From the NCBI GenBank assembly GCA_034667685.1, contig JAXDQU010000021.1, positions 1-64,000 of the forward strand: 64,000 nucleotides of DNA, read 5' to 3'. Under the pieces are notes generated by a model. That model had not been told where the DNA came from. It searched no databases and saw only the letters and a list, made by a program, of their open reading frames with translations. Of the stretch, positions 54,991 through 64,000 are shown one piece after another. Within the stretch, counting starts at the first letter, position 1. Each line of letters opens with the position of its first letter. Source of the stretch: Thermoplasmata archaeon (GTDB lineage Archaea > Thermoplasmatota > SW-10-69-26 > JACQPN01 > JAJPHT01). Made by a program: the position numbers and the translations under genes.

Positions 54991-56145
54991 ATGGTCGACC
55001 AGGCCCGCCGGATGCGCGACCTGCCCCTCTCGGGGATCCGCAAGATGTTCGAGATGGCGGGGAAGGACGCCATCAACTTCGGCATCGGGGAGCCTGACTT
55101 CCAGCCCCCGGGCTACGTCATCGACGCCTACCACCGCGCGATGCGCGAGGGCAAGAACAACTACGGCCCCAGCAGCGGCATCCCGGAGCTGCGCGCCGCC
55201 ATCGCGCAGAAGGAGCGCCACCGGCTTCCGGGCATCGACGCGAGCCACGTCATCGTGACGACCGGCTCGACCTCGGGGCTGTACGCGACCATCGCCTCGT
55301 TCATCGACCCGGGCGACGAGGTGCTCATGCCCAACCCGGGCTTCGTGCTCTACCGTCCGCACACGGTGCTCGTGGGCGGCGTGCCGGTCTACTACCCGCT
55401 GCGCAAGGAGTTCCACTACCGGCCGCGCGTGGACGACCTGCGCGCGCTCGTGACGCCGAAGACCAAGGCCATCATCGTCAACTCGCCCTCCAACCCGACC
55501 GGCGCGTGCCTGCGCGAGAAGGACGTCGACTACATCGTCGAGTTCGCGCGCGAGCACGGCCTGCTCCTGATCACCGACGAGGCGTACGACACGATCACGT
55601 ACGACCGCCCGCACGCCAGCTTCCTGGGCAAGTACGAGAGCACGGTCTACCTCAACACGTTCAGCAAGGCGTACGCGATGACCGGCTGGCGCATCGGCTA
55701 CATCGTCGCCGACCCCGCGCTCGCCGAGCCGATCAAGCGCATGAACTACCACCTGGTGGCCTGCCCCGCGACGCCCACGCAGTACGCGTGCCTCGCCGCG
55801 CTGGAGGGTCCGCAGGACTTCGTGCACGGCATGGTCCAGACGTTCAAGGAGCGCCGCGACCTCATCGTGAAGCTGGTCAAGGAGGTCCCCGGCCTCGACA
55901 TCGTGAAGCCCGAGGGCGCCTTCTACGCGTTCTGCTCCTACGAGCACGACGTGGACTGCAACGAGCTGGCGCTCCATCTGCTCAAGCGCCGCAACGTCGT
56001 CGTGACGCCCGGCTCCGCGTTCGGCTCGCTGGGCGCGGGCCACATCCGCCTCTCGTACTCGACCGACGAGGGCACGATCCGCGAGGGGATGGGTCGCATC
56101 CGCGCCGCCTTCGAAGAATTGGCCGCAGGCAAGAAGCTCTCCTGA
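54991..56145 (+). CDS. PLP-dependent class I/II aminotransferase
   Basis: GEPDF, NSPSNPTG, DEAY, FSKAYAMTGWRIG. Confidence 0.95.
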   Translation: MVDQARRMRDLPLSGIRKMFEMAGKDAINFGIGEPDFQPPGYVIDAYHRAMREGKNNYGPSSGIPELRAAIAQKERHRLPGIDASHVIVTTGSTSGLYATIASFIDPGDEVLMPNPGFVLYRPHTVLVGGVPVYYPLRKEFHYRPRVDDLRALVTPKTKAIIVNSPSNPTGACLREKDVDYIVEFAREHGLLLITDEAYDTITYDRPHASFLGKYESTVYLNTFSKAYAMTGWRIGYIVADPALAEPIKRMNYHLVACPATPTQYACLAALEGPQDFVHGMVQTFKERRDLIVKLVKEVPGLDIVKPEGAFYAFCSYEHDVDCNELALHLLKRRNVVVTPGSAFGSLGAGHIRLSYSTDEGTIREGMGRIRAAFEELAAGKKLS

Positions 56146-56167
56146 TATCAGATCTTCTCGCCCCACT

Positions 56168-56247
56168 CCCGCCACGGAGGACACAGAGGTCACAGAGGAC
56201 GGTTCTTCTCGTTCCTGCGTGTCCGCTGTGTCCTCCGTGGCTGGAGG
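56168..56247. repeat. CCACGGAGGACACAGAGG family palindrome
   Basis: Left arm identical to 34731-34760. Confidence 0.9.
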
Positions 56248-56282
56248 CGGAGCTTATCCGACCTTCGGAGGATGTGCGCCAC

Positions 56283-56741
56283 ATGCCCCGCCCCGTGAAC
56301 GTCAAGATCACGCGCGAGATCCCGATGCCGGTCCCGCAGGCCTTCGCGTGGCTCACCGACTTCCAGGACGATGACGCCCAGCGCGCCGGAGCGGTCGTCG
56401 CGCGCCGCAAGGTCGTCGAGCGCAGCGCGACCCGGAGCGTCTACGAAGGCGAGACCGAGGTGCTGGGCCGCCGCAACCCCGCGACCACGGAGGTCCGGCT
56501 CCACCCGCCCGACGCCTGGGAGGCGCGCGTGGTCGCCGGCCCGCGCACGGGAAGCTGGACCACGTACAAGCTGACGCCCTCCGGGACCGGCTCGCGCCTC
56601 GCGCTGCACTACCGCTTCACGCACGAGAAGCCCATGACGCGCGTGCTGATGCGGCTGGTCAAGCCGAAGATCCGCGCCGAGCTGGTCAAGATGTGGGAAG
56701 GCTACGAGGCGGACATGCGGCGCGAGATCGCGAAGGCCTAA
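56283..56741 (+). CDS. SRPBCC family protein
   Basis: P..AFAWLTDF, TYKLTP...G.R.....R. Confidence 0.75.
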   Translation: MPRPVNVKITREIPMPVPQAFAWLTDFQDDDAQRAGAVVARRKVVERSATRSVYEGETEVLGRRNPATTEVRLHPPDAWEARVVAGPRTGSWTTYKLTPSGTGSRLALHYRFTHEKPMTRVLMRLVKPKIRAELVKMWEGYEADMRREIAKA

Positions 56742-56754
56742 GGTTCCCGGGGCG

Positions 56755-57441
56755 TCAGGTCCCGCGCGCGTGGCCCCGTGGGCCGGCGGCGGCGTCCGCG
56801 CCCTTCGCGTAGGCCGCGCGGCGCAGCCACGCGAGCGTCGCCACGGCCCACGCGACGAACACGAGCATGCCCAGGAGGCGCACGGCGCTGGGCAGCCCCA
56901 GCGTTCCCTCCAGGACGAGCGGCACGTGGGCGACGCCCGCCGCGACGCCAAGCCAACCCGCGACTCGCGCCTCGCGCGCCGCCAGGAGGGCGACGCCGAA
57001 GAGCAGCGCCGCGCCGCCTTCGAGCGCGTCGGCGCCGCTGTTGTAGAGCACGTCGTAGAGCCGGTACGTCGCCATGATGGGCGCGCCGGCCATCGCGGCG
57101 TCGACGAGCGGCGCGGTGAGCGCCGCGCACGCCACGAAGAGCGCGGCGAGGGCGAGGAAGAGGCCGAAGGCGAGCCGCGCCCAGGGCGCGCCCTCCGTCC
57201 CGGCAAGGCGCTCCGCGAGGGCCGCCGTGAACGCGGCGCCCAGGAGCGCGGCGGGGAATTGCCACATGGCCAGGGGCGCCAGCGCCGCGTGCGCGAAGTA
57301 CGCGCGCACCGCCGGCTCGGGCGCGTTGGCCGCGAGCGGCTGGCCGGCGACGAGCGTCGCGCCAAGGATGCCGAATGAGATCACGGCGAGGAGCATGAGC
57401 ACGCCGGAGACGAAGCCGAACCGCAGGAACGCGCGAGTCAT
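56755..57441 (-). CDS. Multi-TM membrane protein (DUF4386-like)
   Basis: About six hydrophobic segments. Confidence 0.6.
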   Translation of the reverse strand: MTRAFLRFGFVSGVLMLLAVISFGILGATLVAGQPLAANAPEPAVRAYFAHAALAPLAMWQFPAALLGAAFTAALAERLAGTEGAPWARLAFGLFLALAALFVACAALTAPLVDAAMAGAPIMATYRLYDVLYNSGADALEGGAALLFGVALLAAREARVAGWLGVAAGVAHVPLVLEGTLGLPSAVRLLGMLVFVAWAVATLAWLRRAAYAKGADAAAGPRGHARGT

Positions 57442-58400
57442 CGCGCCCGACGAGCGCGCGACGGGGATATGCCGGCGCGCATCGGCGGGTTGTGACGGCG
57501 CGACACGTGCGCGGCCAGCCATGGCTCGTGCGCCTCGTTGTAAAGGACGTCGCGGTAGAGGAGCACCTCGACGCGCTCCACGCCGGGGCGTCCCTCGACG
57601 CTCGCGGCCGCGCGGTCCGCCTCGTCCAGGTTCTCGACGAGGATGGCGACGCCCGCGTTCACTCCGTTTCCCCACGGGCCGGCGAGGCGCTCGGGGAACG
57701 CCGCGGCCAGCGAGCCCGGACCGCGAGCGTCCCCGACGGCGAGACGCAGGTGCGCGACGATCGCGCCTTCGATGCGCGCGGGACGGAGGCGCGGGAACAT
57801 CCCGCCCGCGCGCGCCTCGAAGAGGCGCTTGGCGCGCCGCTCCACCGTACGCGTGGTGGCGCCGGCCGCGCGCGCGATGCCGGCGAGGCTCGCGCCGGCC
57901 GGGGCGCGCAAGGCCAGCGCGATGCGCAGGTCCAGCGGCGTCGCCTCGATCGCGTCGGCCGGCGCCGGTGGGAAATCGGACGAGGTGAAGTGGCGCTCCA
58001 GGCGCGCGGCGCCGACCTCGCGCGCGAACCGCGCGGCGACGCCCTGGGCCGCCGCGTCGTCGGTCGTCCAGACGTGGAGGAACGCCCAGTCGAGGCCCAC
58101 GACGGCGTTGGCGACCTCGGGGAACGAAGCAAGCCGGCTCTCCGTCTCGCGGCCCCGGAAGCCGGACACCATCCAGCCCGCGTGGACGAGGCCGACGAGG
58201 CGCGGCCAGGGCTCGAAGTACGCGCCTTCGAGCACGCCGCCTTTCCCCAGCGCGACCAGGCGCGCGCGGACCGTGTTCGGGTGCGCGCCCGTGCGCTTCG
58301 CCAGGTCGCGGACGGGGAGCCGCAGCGCGCCCTCGGGCTGGTTGCCCTGCCAGCGCAGCAGCTCGCGCAGCAGATGGCGGTCGATGGGCTTCAGGCGCAC
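57438..58400 (-). CDS. Tandem Lrp/AsnC-type wHTH regulator
   Basis: ID..LL.EL...DLAKRTG.HPNTVRARL; second LD.RI...IAR..G..TRTV.RR. Confidence 0.78.
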   Translation of the reverse strand: MRLKPIDRHLLRELLRWQGNQPEGALRLPVRDLAKRTGAHPNTVRARLVALGKGGVLEGAYFEPWPRLVGLVHAGWMVSGFRGRETESRLASFPEVANAVVGLDWAFLHVWTTDDAAAQGVAARFAREVGAARLERHFTSSDFPPAPADAIEATPLDLRIALALRAPAGASLAGIARAAGATTRTVERRAKRLFEARAGGMFPRLRPARIEGAIVAHLRLAVGDARGPGSLAAAFPERLAGPWGNGVNAGVAILVENLDEADRAAASVEGRPGVERVEVLLYRDVLYNEAHEPWLAAHVSRRHNPPMRAGISPSRARRAR

Positions 58401-58454
58401 CGGCTTGCACCGGCGCCGGGAGCCTTTAAGGCCGAAGGCTCGTGTCCTGCCCCC

Positions 58455-59816
58455 GTGAGCCCGCCCTTCGTCTCGATCCGCAGCATCCTCGCCGGCCAGC
58501 ACACGGGCCAGAAGGTGCACCTGCGCGGCTGGATCCACCGCTACCGCACGAGCGGCAAGATCGTCTTCGCCACGCTGCGCGACGCGACGGGCACGATCCA
58601 GACGACGACGAAGAAGGGAGTCGCGGACGATGCGTCATTCGAGGAAGCGCTGAAGGGCAGCATCGAGGCCTCGGTCGAGCTGGTCGGCACGGTCAAGGCG
58701 GACGAGCGCGCGCCGGGCGGCTTCGAGCTGGGCGTCGACCAGTTCCACCTCGTGGGCGCCTCGCACGACTTCCCCATCTACGAGAGCACGGTGGACGCCG
58801 ACGCGCAGGAGACGCTGCTCGACAAGCGCCACCTGTTCCTGCGCAGCCGCCACCTGACGAACGCCATGATCCTGCGCGCCAAGACGCTCAAGGCGTTCCG
58901 CGAGTGGTTCGACGAGCACGGCTTCTACGAGACCACGCCCAGCGTCATCACGACGAACAACTGCGAGGGGGGCAGCGAGGTCTTCGAGTTCGACTACTTC
59001 GGCCAGAAGGCGTTCCTCTCGCAGTCCTCGCAGCTCTACCTGGAGGCGCTCATCTACGGCATGGAGCGCGTCTACTGCCTGCTGCCCAGCTTCCGCGCCG
59101 AGAAGAGCCGCACCCGGAAGCACTTGACCGAGTTCCAGCACCTCGAGGCCGAGGAGGCGTGGATGGACAACAAGGGCAACATGGAGATCCAGGAGCAGCT
59201 CGTCTCCTACGTCGCGCGCCGCGTCGCCGACACCGCGCAGGAGCAGCTCGTCGCGCTGGGCCGCGAGCCGGCCGACCTGAAGAAGGTCACGACGCCGTTC
59301 AAGCGCTACACGTACGACGAGGCGATCCAGATCCTCCGCAAGAAGGACTACGACCGCGGCCGCGACGCCAAGGGGCGCCGCCGCGAGGGCATCGAGTGGG
59401 GCGAGGACCTGGGCGCGCCCGACGAGCGCGCGCTGGTCGAGGGCGAGGAGAAGCCCGTCTTCGTCATGAACTGGCCCGCCGACATGAAGGCGTTCTACAT
59501 GCACGACAACGGCGACGGCACGGTCGCCAACGCCGACCTCATCGCGCCCGAAGGCTACGGCGAGATCATCGGCGGCTCGCAGCGCAGCACGGACGTCGCG
59601 TGGATGGAGCAGCGCCTCGTCGCCCAGGCGAAGCGCGACGGCACGCCGCTTGATCTCAAGGCCTACGAGTGGTACTTCGACCTGCGGCGCTACGGCAGCG
59701 TGCCGCACGCGGGCTTCGGCCTTGGCACCGAGCGCGTGACGACGTGGCTCGGGAAGCTGGAGCACATCCGGGACGCGACGCCCTTCCCGCGCACGCCGAG
59801 CCGGGCGTACCCGTAG
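58455..59816 (+). CDS. asnS: Asparaginyl-tRNA synthetase
   Basis: OB fold, EGG..VF, LSQSSQLYLE, FRAEKSRTRKHLTEF, YGSVPHAGFGLG.ER. Confidence 0.9.
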   Translation: MSPPFVSIRSILAGQHTGQKVHLRGWIHRYRTSGKIVFATLRDATGTIQTTTKKGVADDASFEEALKGSIEASVELVGTVKADERAPGGFELGVDQFHLVGASHDFPIYESTVDADAQETLLDKRHLFLRSRHLTNAMILRAKTLKAFREWFDEHGFYETTPSVITTNNCEGGSEVFEFDYFGQKAFLSQSSQLYLEALIYGMERVYCLLPSFRAEKSRTRKHLTEFQHLEAEEAWMDNKGNMEIQEQLVSYVARRVADTAQEQLVALGREPADLKKVTTPFKRYTYDEAIQILRKKDYDRGRDAKGRRREGIEWGEDLGAPDERALVEGEEKPVFVMNWPADMKAFYMHDNGDGTVANADLIAPEGYGEIIGGSQRSTDVAWMEQRLVAQAKRDGTPLDLKAYEWYFDLRRYGSVPHAGFGLGTERVTTWLGKLEHIRDATPFPRTPSRAYP

Positions 59817-59850
59817 TCGGATCGTCCCAGCGGCGCGCTGCGCGGCCGTT

Positions 59851-59919
59851 CCCGAGGCACCCGAGTCAACCCGAGGTGGGGAAGGCGCGGGTCCCCTCGG
59901 GTGCCACGGGCGCCTCGGG
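59851..59919. repeat. CCCGAG-unit imperfect palindrome between convergent genes
   Basis: cccgaggcacccgagtcaacccgagg...cctcgggtgccacgggcgcctcggg. Confidence 0.7.
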
Positions 59920-59940
59920 GTCGGCCCGCCGCAGGCGCGG

Positions 59941-60816
59941 TCACTTCGCGAGGAGTTTCGCGAGCTTGTCGAAGCCTTGGCCCCACCCGACGGTCGCCAT
60001 CTGGTGGTACTCGGGCGGCACGCCGGTCACCTCGACGATGAGGCGCGTGCGCTTGCCCTCGGGCACGATGCGCACGTCGAGCAGGAACGACTTGTCGGGG
60101 CTGCCGGTAACAAGGTGCGTGGGCGGCGCGAGGACGTGGAAGACGCCCTCCTGCGGGTTGCGGTTGCCGCCGGGCTGCGGCATGTCGAAGCGCACGCGGC
60201 CGCCCACGCGGACGTCGTACTCGTGGATCACGAGGTCCATGCCGGGCGCGGGGTTGAACCACTTCGCGTACTGCGCGGGATCGACCCACGCGTCCCAAAG
60301 CTCCTGCGGCGTCGCGTCGAACGCGCGCTCCAGGCGTAGCGCCTTGGCGTGCGGCTTGCGCTCCACGAGGCGCGCGATCTTGTCGGAGGCGGCCGTGAAG
60401 CCCTGCCTGGCCATGTCGAGCGGCACCGCGGCGGGCAGGCCGGTCTGCGTGAGCGTCATCTTCGTGCTGGGGCCGACGGCCTCCAGCCTCACCGTGATCG
60501 TCATCGGGTGGTCCGCGAAGACGTCGCTGCGCCCCTTGTTGTCCTGGTACTGCACCAGCTCGCGCGGAGGGTCGAGCTTGACGAACCAGAGCGTCTCCTC
60601 CGGGAGGGGCGTGCCGTCGGGCGCGTACATGGTGAAGCGGACCTTGCCGCCCACGCGCGCGTCGAGCTCGTGCACCTTCGCCTCGCCGAACGGGTTGATC
60701 CACTGCGCGAACGCCTCGGCGCGCGTGAACGCGTCCCAGACCTGCTGGGGCGTGGCGTCGAAGACGCGTTCGAGGTGGAGCGTCTGGCTTCCGGGTCGGG
60801 GTTGCGCGATCTGCAT
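59941..60816 (-). CDS. Tandem SRPBCC/AHSA1 domain protein
   Basis: Two LER.FDATP...WDA...D.RVGG units. Confidence 0.9.
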   Translation of the reverse strand: MQIAQPRPGSQTLHLERVFDATPQQVWDAFTRAEAFAQWINPFGEAKVHELDARVGGKVRFTMYAPDGTPLPEETLWFVKLDPPRELVQYQDNKGRSDVFADHPMTITVRLEAVGPSTKMTLTQTGLPAAVPLDMARQGFTAASDKIARLVERKPHAKALRLERAFDATPQELWDAWVDPAQYAKWFNPAPGMDLVIHEYDVRVGGRVRFDMPQPGGNRNPQEGVFHVLAPPTHLVTGSPDKSFLLDVRIVPEGKRTRLIVEVTGVPPEYHQMATVGWGQGFDKLAKLLAK

Positions 60817-60817
60817 G

Positions 60818-61135
60818 TCACTTCACGTTCCTTCTCTGCTTCTCGAGGTGGGCCGCGAGCTTGTCGAAGCGCGCGTCCCAGATTGCGCGGTAGTCGTCCA
60901 TCCAGTCCACCAGCTCGCGGAACGGCTCGGGCCGCAGGGCGTAGTAGCGCCGCTGCGCCTCCTGCCGCACGCTCACGAACCCGGCCTCGTGCAGGATGCG
61001 GAGCTGCTTGGAGACGCCCGGCTGGTTGATGTCGACCTCGTCGACGAGGTCGTTGACGGAGCGTTCCCCGTCGCGCATCGCCCGGATCAGGCGCCTGCGG
61101 GTCGGGTCCGCCAGGATCTCGAAGAGATCGGCCAC
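60818..61135 (-). CDS. ArsR family regulator
   Basis: F..LADPTRR, QPGVSKQLRIL..AG. Confidence 0.93.
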   Translation of the reverse strand: MADLFEILADPTRRRLIRAMRDGERSVNDLVDEVDINQPGVSKQLRILHEAGFVSVRQEAQRRYYALRPEPFRELVDWMDDYRAIWDARFDKLAAHLEKQRRNVK

Positions 61136-61183
61136 AGCCCCCTATTATCGCTCATCAGGCATATTCCTTTCGAGCAATACTGA

Positions 61184-63865
61184 TCAGGCGAGCCGCACCG
61201 CGACGTTCCCGCCGTGCAGCACCGCGTCGTCGGGGACGTCCACGAGCGCCTGGTGGCCCCCGCCGGCGTCCACGAGCACCTGCGAGGTGGGCACGACGAT
61301 CGTGTTCGTGCCGCCGTGCTTCGCGTCGAGGAAGCCCACCGTGCCGTAGGGGAACACGAGGTCGAACGCGCCGTCGGGGCCCGCCGTGGTCGAGACGTGC
61401 GCCTGGAAGGGGCGCGTGACGTTGCCCGGCTGGCGCACCTGGAGGTTGATCGCGGCCGTGACGCGCGCGCCCGGCGTCGCCGTGCCGGTGAGGTGCGCGC
61501 CCGCCACGCGCTCGAAGAGCTTCAGGCGCGACTGCACGTTGAGGTCGTAGGCGTTGGTGTCGGAGGCGACGCTGAGCACCGTGCCGGGCTGATAGCGCGA
61601 CGCGGCGACGGGATCGATGTTCACGGGGCAGCTCCCACTCCGCACGATGTCGTGGAAGCAGCGCACCTGGCCGTTCTGGTCCACCACGTCGCCCATGAGG
61701 TTGTAGCCCGGGTCCTCCCAGACGAGGCGGTAGTGCGAGAGGTCCGCGCCGTCCTGGTCGTAGAGCCGGCCCATCATGCTCTCGGTGTACTCGGGGCCGG
61801 GCGTGTAGAGCTGTTTGCTGGTGCCATCCGCCATCTGATAGCTTTTCTGCGTGACGAACCCGCCGTCGGCCCACTGGTCGCGGCTCGCGTTGTTCGTGTG
61901 GGCCCAGACGGTGATCGCGCCGAACTTGCCGGTCGCCATCTCGTCGTCGATGAACACGTAGCGCACGGGCGGCTTGCCCTGCTCCCAGTCGGTGAGCAGC
62001 TTCTCGGCCTGCGCGGGGTCGCGCTCGGTGAACCAGATGGACGCGAAGGGCGCGGCCTGCTGGAAGGGGTTCGCGACGGGCGGGCGCTCGGCGAGCGTCT
62101 CGATCCAGAAGCCGTAGTCCCACCATGATAGCACGCCGTAGGCGTTGGGTGGATAGTCGGGCAGCGCGCCCAGGGGCGGCGTCGGGTAGACCTTGCCCAG
62201 GTCGACGCCAGCATCGGGCGTGTTGTCGCGCATCCATTCGAGCGCGGGCTGCCACTTCCACAGGTCGCCCGGGCTCGCGGCGGCCGCCGCCACCTGCCAG
62301 CCGGGCACCGCGCCGTTGGAGGCGAACACGTTGCCCGGAAGCACGAGAAGGAGCACCGCGGCGACGCAGAGGGCGCGCAGGGGCGTCACGCCGGTGCTGC
62401 GCGCGCTGGCCGCCTTGGCCTTGCGTCCGCGCGCGGGCTTGCCGGCCGCCTTCGTGGCCGCCTCGTCCTCGGACGGCGTCAGGCCCACGGCCTCGCCGAT
62501 GCGCGCGGCGAGCCAGCCGGTGAGCAGCGCGAGGCTGATGGCGAGGTAGTGCGCGAAGTGCGCCTGCGTCGCGGTGGCCTGGAAGATGAGCGCGCTCCAG
62601 ACGAGGAGCAGCACGTCGGCCGGCCGCCGCTTCCAGAGGGTCCAGAGCAGGAGCAGCGCGAGGATGACCACGCCCAGGTACGTGAGCGGGCCGTAGTTCG
62701 CCGCGAGGCAGCTCTGGGTCCGCGTCGGGTCGCAGAAGAACTCCGCGCTGCGCGCCTCGCTGATGGTGAGCGTCGTGCGCGTCACGCCGATGCCGGAGAC
62801 CCAGCTCAAGCCCCAGCGGATGCTGCCCAGGAAGTTCGAGGGGATCGTGAAGATCGCGACGACGGCCGCCACGAAGATGCCGGCGAATCCGGCGGGGACG
62901 GCCCAGCGCGGCCAGCCCGCGTCGCGCGCGCGCCGCGAGGCGACGTAGATCACCAGGACGCCGATCGCGCTCGCGAAGCACGCCAGCGGGTGGAGGATGC
63001 CGTACGTCGTGAACTCGCCCAGGTACGTCGACTCGATGACGGGGACCATCAGCGCGCCGGTGATCGCGAGCACGAGCGCGCCGCCCGCGGCGTAGCCCAG
63101 CGCGTCCTGCCCCTGCGCCTCCTTGAGCAGCACGACGACGCCCAGCCAGACCGCGGCGATGGCGACGAAGAGGATGCCCGGGGGCCACACGTAGAGGTTC
63201 GCCGCGAACGCGACGCCGCCCACGAGCGTCCAGAGCAGCGGCAGGCGCAGCGCGCGCCAGTCGCGGGCCCGCAGCGCGTCGCGCGCGGCGTGCATGCGCT
63301 CGACGGCGATGAGGAGGCCGAGCATGGCGAGGATCGCGGCGAGGTCCTGCGGGCCGTCGTGGTCGGTCGAGCCGATGATGCTGCGGTAGAGGAAGTCGCC
63401 CGGCAGGACCGCGAGCGTCAGCGTGGCGACGATGGCGCCGGGCCGTCCCATCAGGCGGCGCGCCAGGTAGTAGAACGGGATGATGAGCAGCGAGCCGATG
63501 ATCGGCGGCGCCCACGCCAGGTCGCGCGCGATGATCAAGTCGGGCGCGCCCTTCCCGCCGTCGAAGAGCACGACGAACGCCGCCACGAGCCAGTCGTAGA
63601 GCGTGCCGAACTGCCCGGTGGTCGTGCCGTGCGGGTAGAACGTCCACGGGTCGAAGCGCGGGATCGCGGGGAACGCGCGCACGGCGCCCACCGTCTCGCG
63701 GAAGTGGTAGATGTCGTCCGGGTCCTGGCCCAGCGGGATGCCCCCGCCGCTGAACAGGATGTCATGGCCCAGCGTGCGGATCCAGAGCATGAAGAGCGCC
63801 AGGACGACCAGCAGCGGGATCTCCCAGACGATCGGTCGGCGCAGCCACGCGGGGGCCTCGGCCAT
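61184..63865 (-). CDS. aglB: Archaeal oligosaccharyltransferase
   Basis: DP..YH.R, FDP.T.YP.G, DH, TISE, SWWDYG, NPFQ. Confidence 0.95.
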   Translation of the reverse strand: MAEAPAWLRRPIVWEIPLLVVLALFMLWIRTLGHDILFSGGGIPLGQDPDDIYHFRETVGAVRAFPAIPRFDPWTFYPHGTTTGQFGTLYDWLVAAFVVLFDGGKGAPDLIIARDLAWAPPIIGSLLIIPFYYLARRLMGRPGAIVATLTLAVLPGDFLYRSIIGSTDHDGPQDLAAILAMLGLLIAVERMHAARDALRARDWRALRLPLLWTLVGGVAFAANLYVWPPGILFVAIAAVWLGVVVLLKEAQGQDALGYAAGGALVLAITGALMVPVIESTYLGEFTTYGILHPLACFASAIGVLVIYVASRRARDAGWPRWAVPAGFAGIFVAAVVAIFTIPSNFLGSIRWGLSWVSGIGVTRTTLTISEARSAEFFCDPTRTQSCLAANYGPLTYLGVVILALLLLWTLWKRRPADVLLLVWSALIFQATATQAHFAHYLAISLALLTGWLAARIGEAVGLTPSEDEAATKAAGKPARGRKAKAASARSTGVTPLRALCVAAVLLLVLPGNVFASNGAVPGWQVAAAAASPGDLWKWQPALEWMRDNTPDAGVDLGKVYPTPPLGALPDYPPNAYGVLSWWDYGFWIETLAERPPVANPFQQAAPFASIWFTERDPAQAEKLLTDWEQGKPPVRYVFIDDEMATGKFGAITVWAHTNNASRDQWADGGFVTQKSYQMADGTSKQLYTPGPEYTESMMGRLYDQDGADLSHYRLVWEDPGYNLMGDVVDQNGQVRCFHDIVRSGSCPVNIDPVAASRYQPGTVLSVASDTNAYDLNVQSRLKLFERVAGAHLTGTATPGARVTAAINLQVRQPGNVTRPFQAHVSTTAGPDGAFDLVFPYGTVGFLDAKHGGTNTIVVPTSQVLVDAGGGHQALVDVPDDAVLHGGNVAVRLA

Positions 63866-63911
63866 CGCGCGGCGACCCGCCCCGGGCCGTTTCAGGGTTT
63901 CCGTTGAGATT

Positions 63912-64000
63912 CCCGAGCCCTCTTCGAGCCCAAGCCTCAGCCTCAGCCTCAGCCTCAGCCTCAGCCTCAGCCTCAGCCTCCATCCTTTCAGCCACAGAGG
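63912..64000. repeat. Composite repeat: CGAGCCC units, (AGCCTC)x8, start of a CAGCCACAGAGG element
   Basis: 8 exact hexamers at 63933-63980; truncated by the window end. Confidence 0.88.

Noticed and set aside
34728-56247. Repeated elements as a CRISPR array
   Set aside because: Copies are dispersed singly over kilobases, with no repeat-spacer periodicity and no cas genes.
63762-63995. ORF with an EAEAEA run
   Set aside because: It is a translation of the (AGCCTC)8 repeat and overlaps the aglB start.

Overview
A very GC-rich (about 70+% by eye) archaeal chromosomal segment. The archaeal call rests on AglB/STT3, a GPN-loop GTPase, DUF2070, TrmB regulators, AbrB-PhoU, a long-type FKBP, a PolB2 operon, a FlaF-like protein and PGF-CTERM-like tails. 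A Thermoplasmatota-type lineage is a guess. About 60 CDS are present. Housekeeping genes include pyrE, purD, citrate synthase, uvrC, dihydroorotase, asnS, aglB and ccmF. A cell-surface block at about 3.4-18.2 kb holds a 9-PKD protein, two paralogous Cys-containing secreted proteins alternating with two TrmB paralogs, and a FlaF-Ig fusion; several of these genes share a candidate TGTCAC-N8-GTGACA operator. The most striking signal is a GxxExxY (PD-(D/E)xK) nuclease gene enclosed by 46-bp inverted repeats plus outer 13-bp inverted repeats carrying outward-facing TATA-like boxes. Alongside it are at least 15 gene-less palindromic elements of several sequence families, built from short periodic units, some nested and some inside genes. 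Together these suggest an undescribed nuclease-associated REP-like element system. No rRNA, tRNA, CRISPR array or transposase was recognised.
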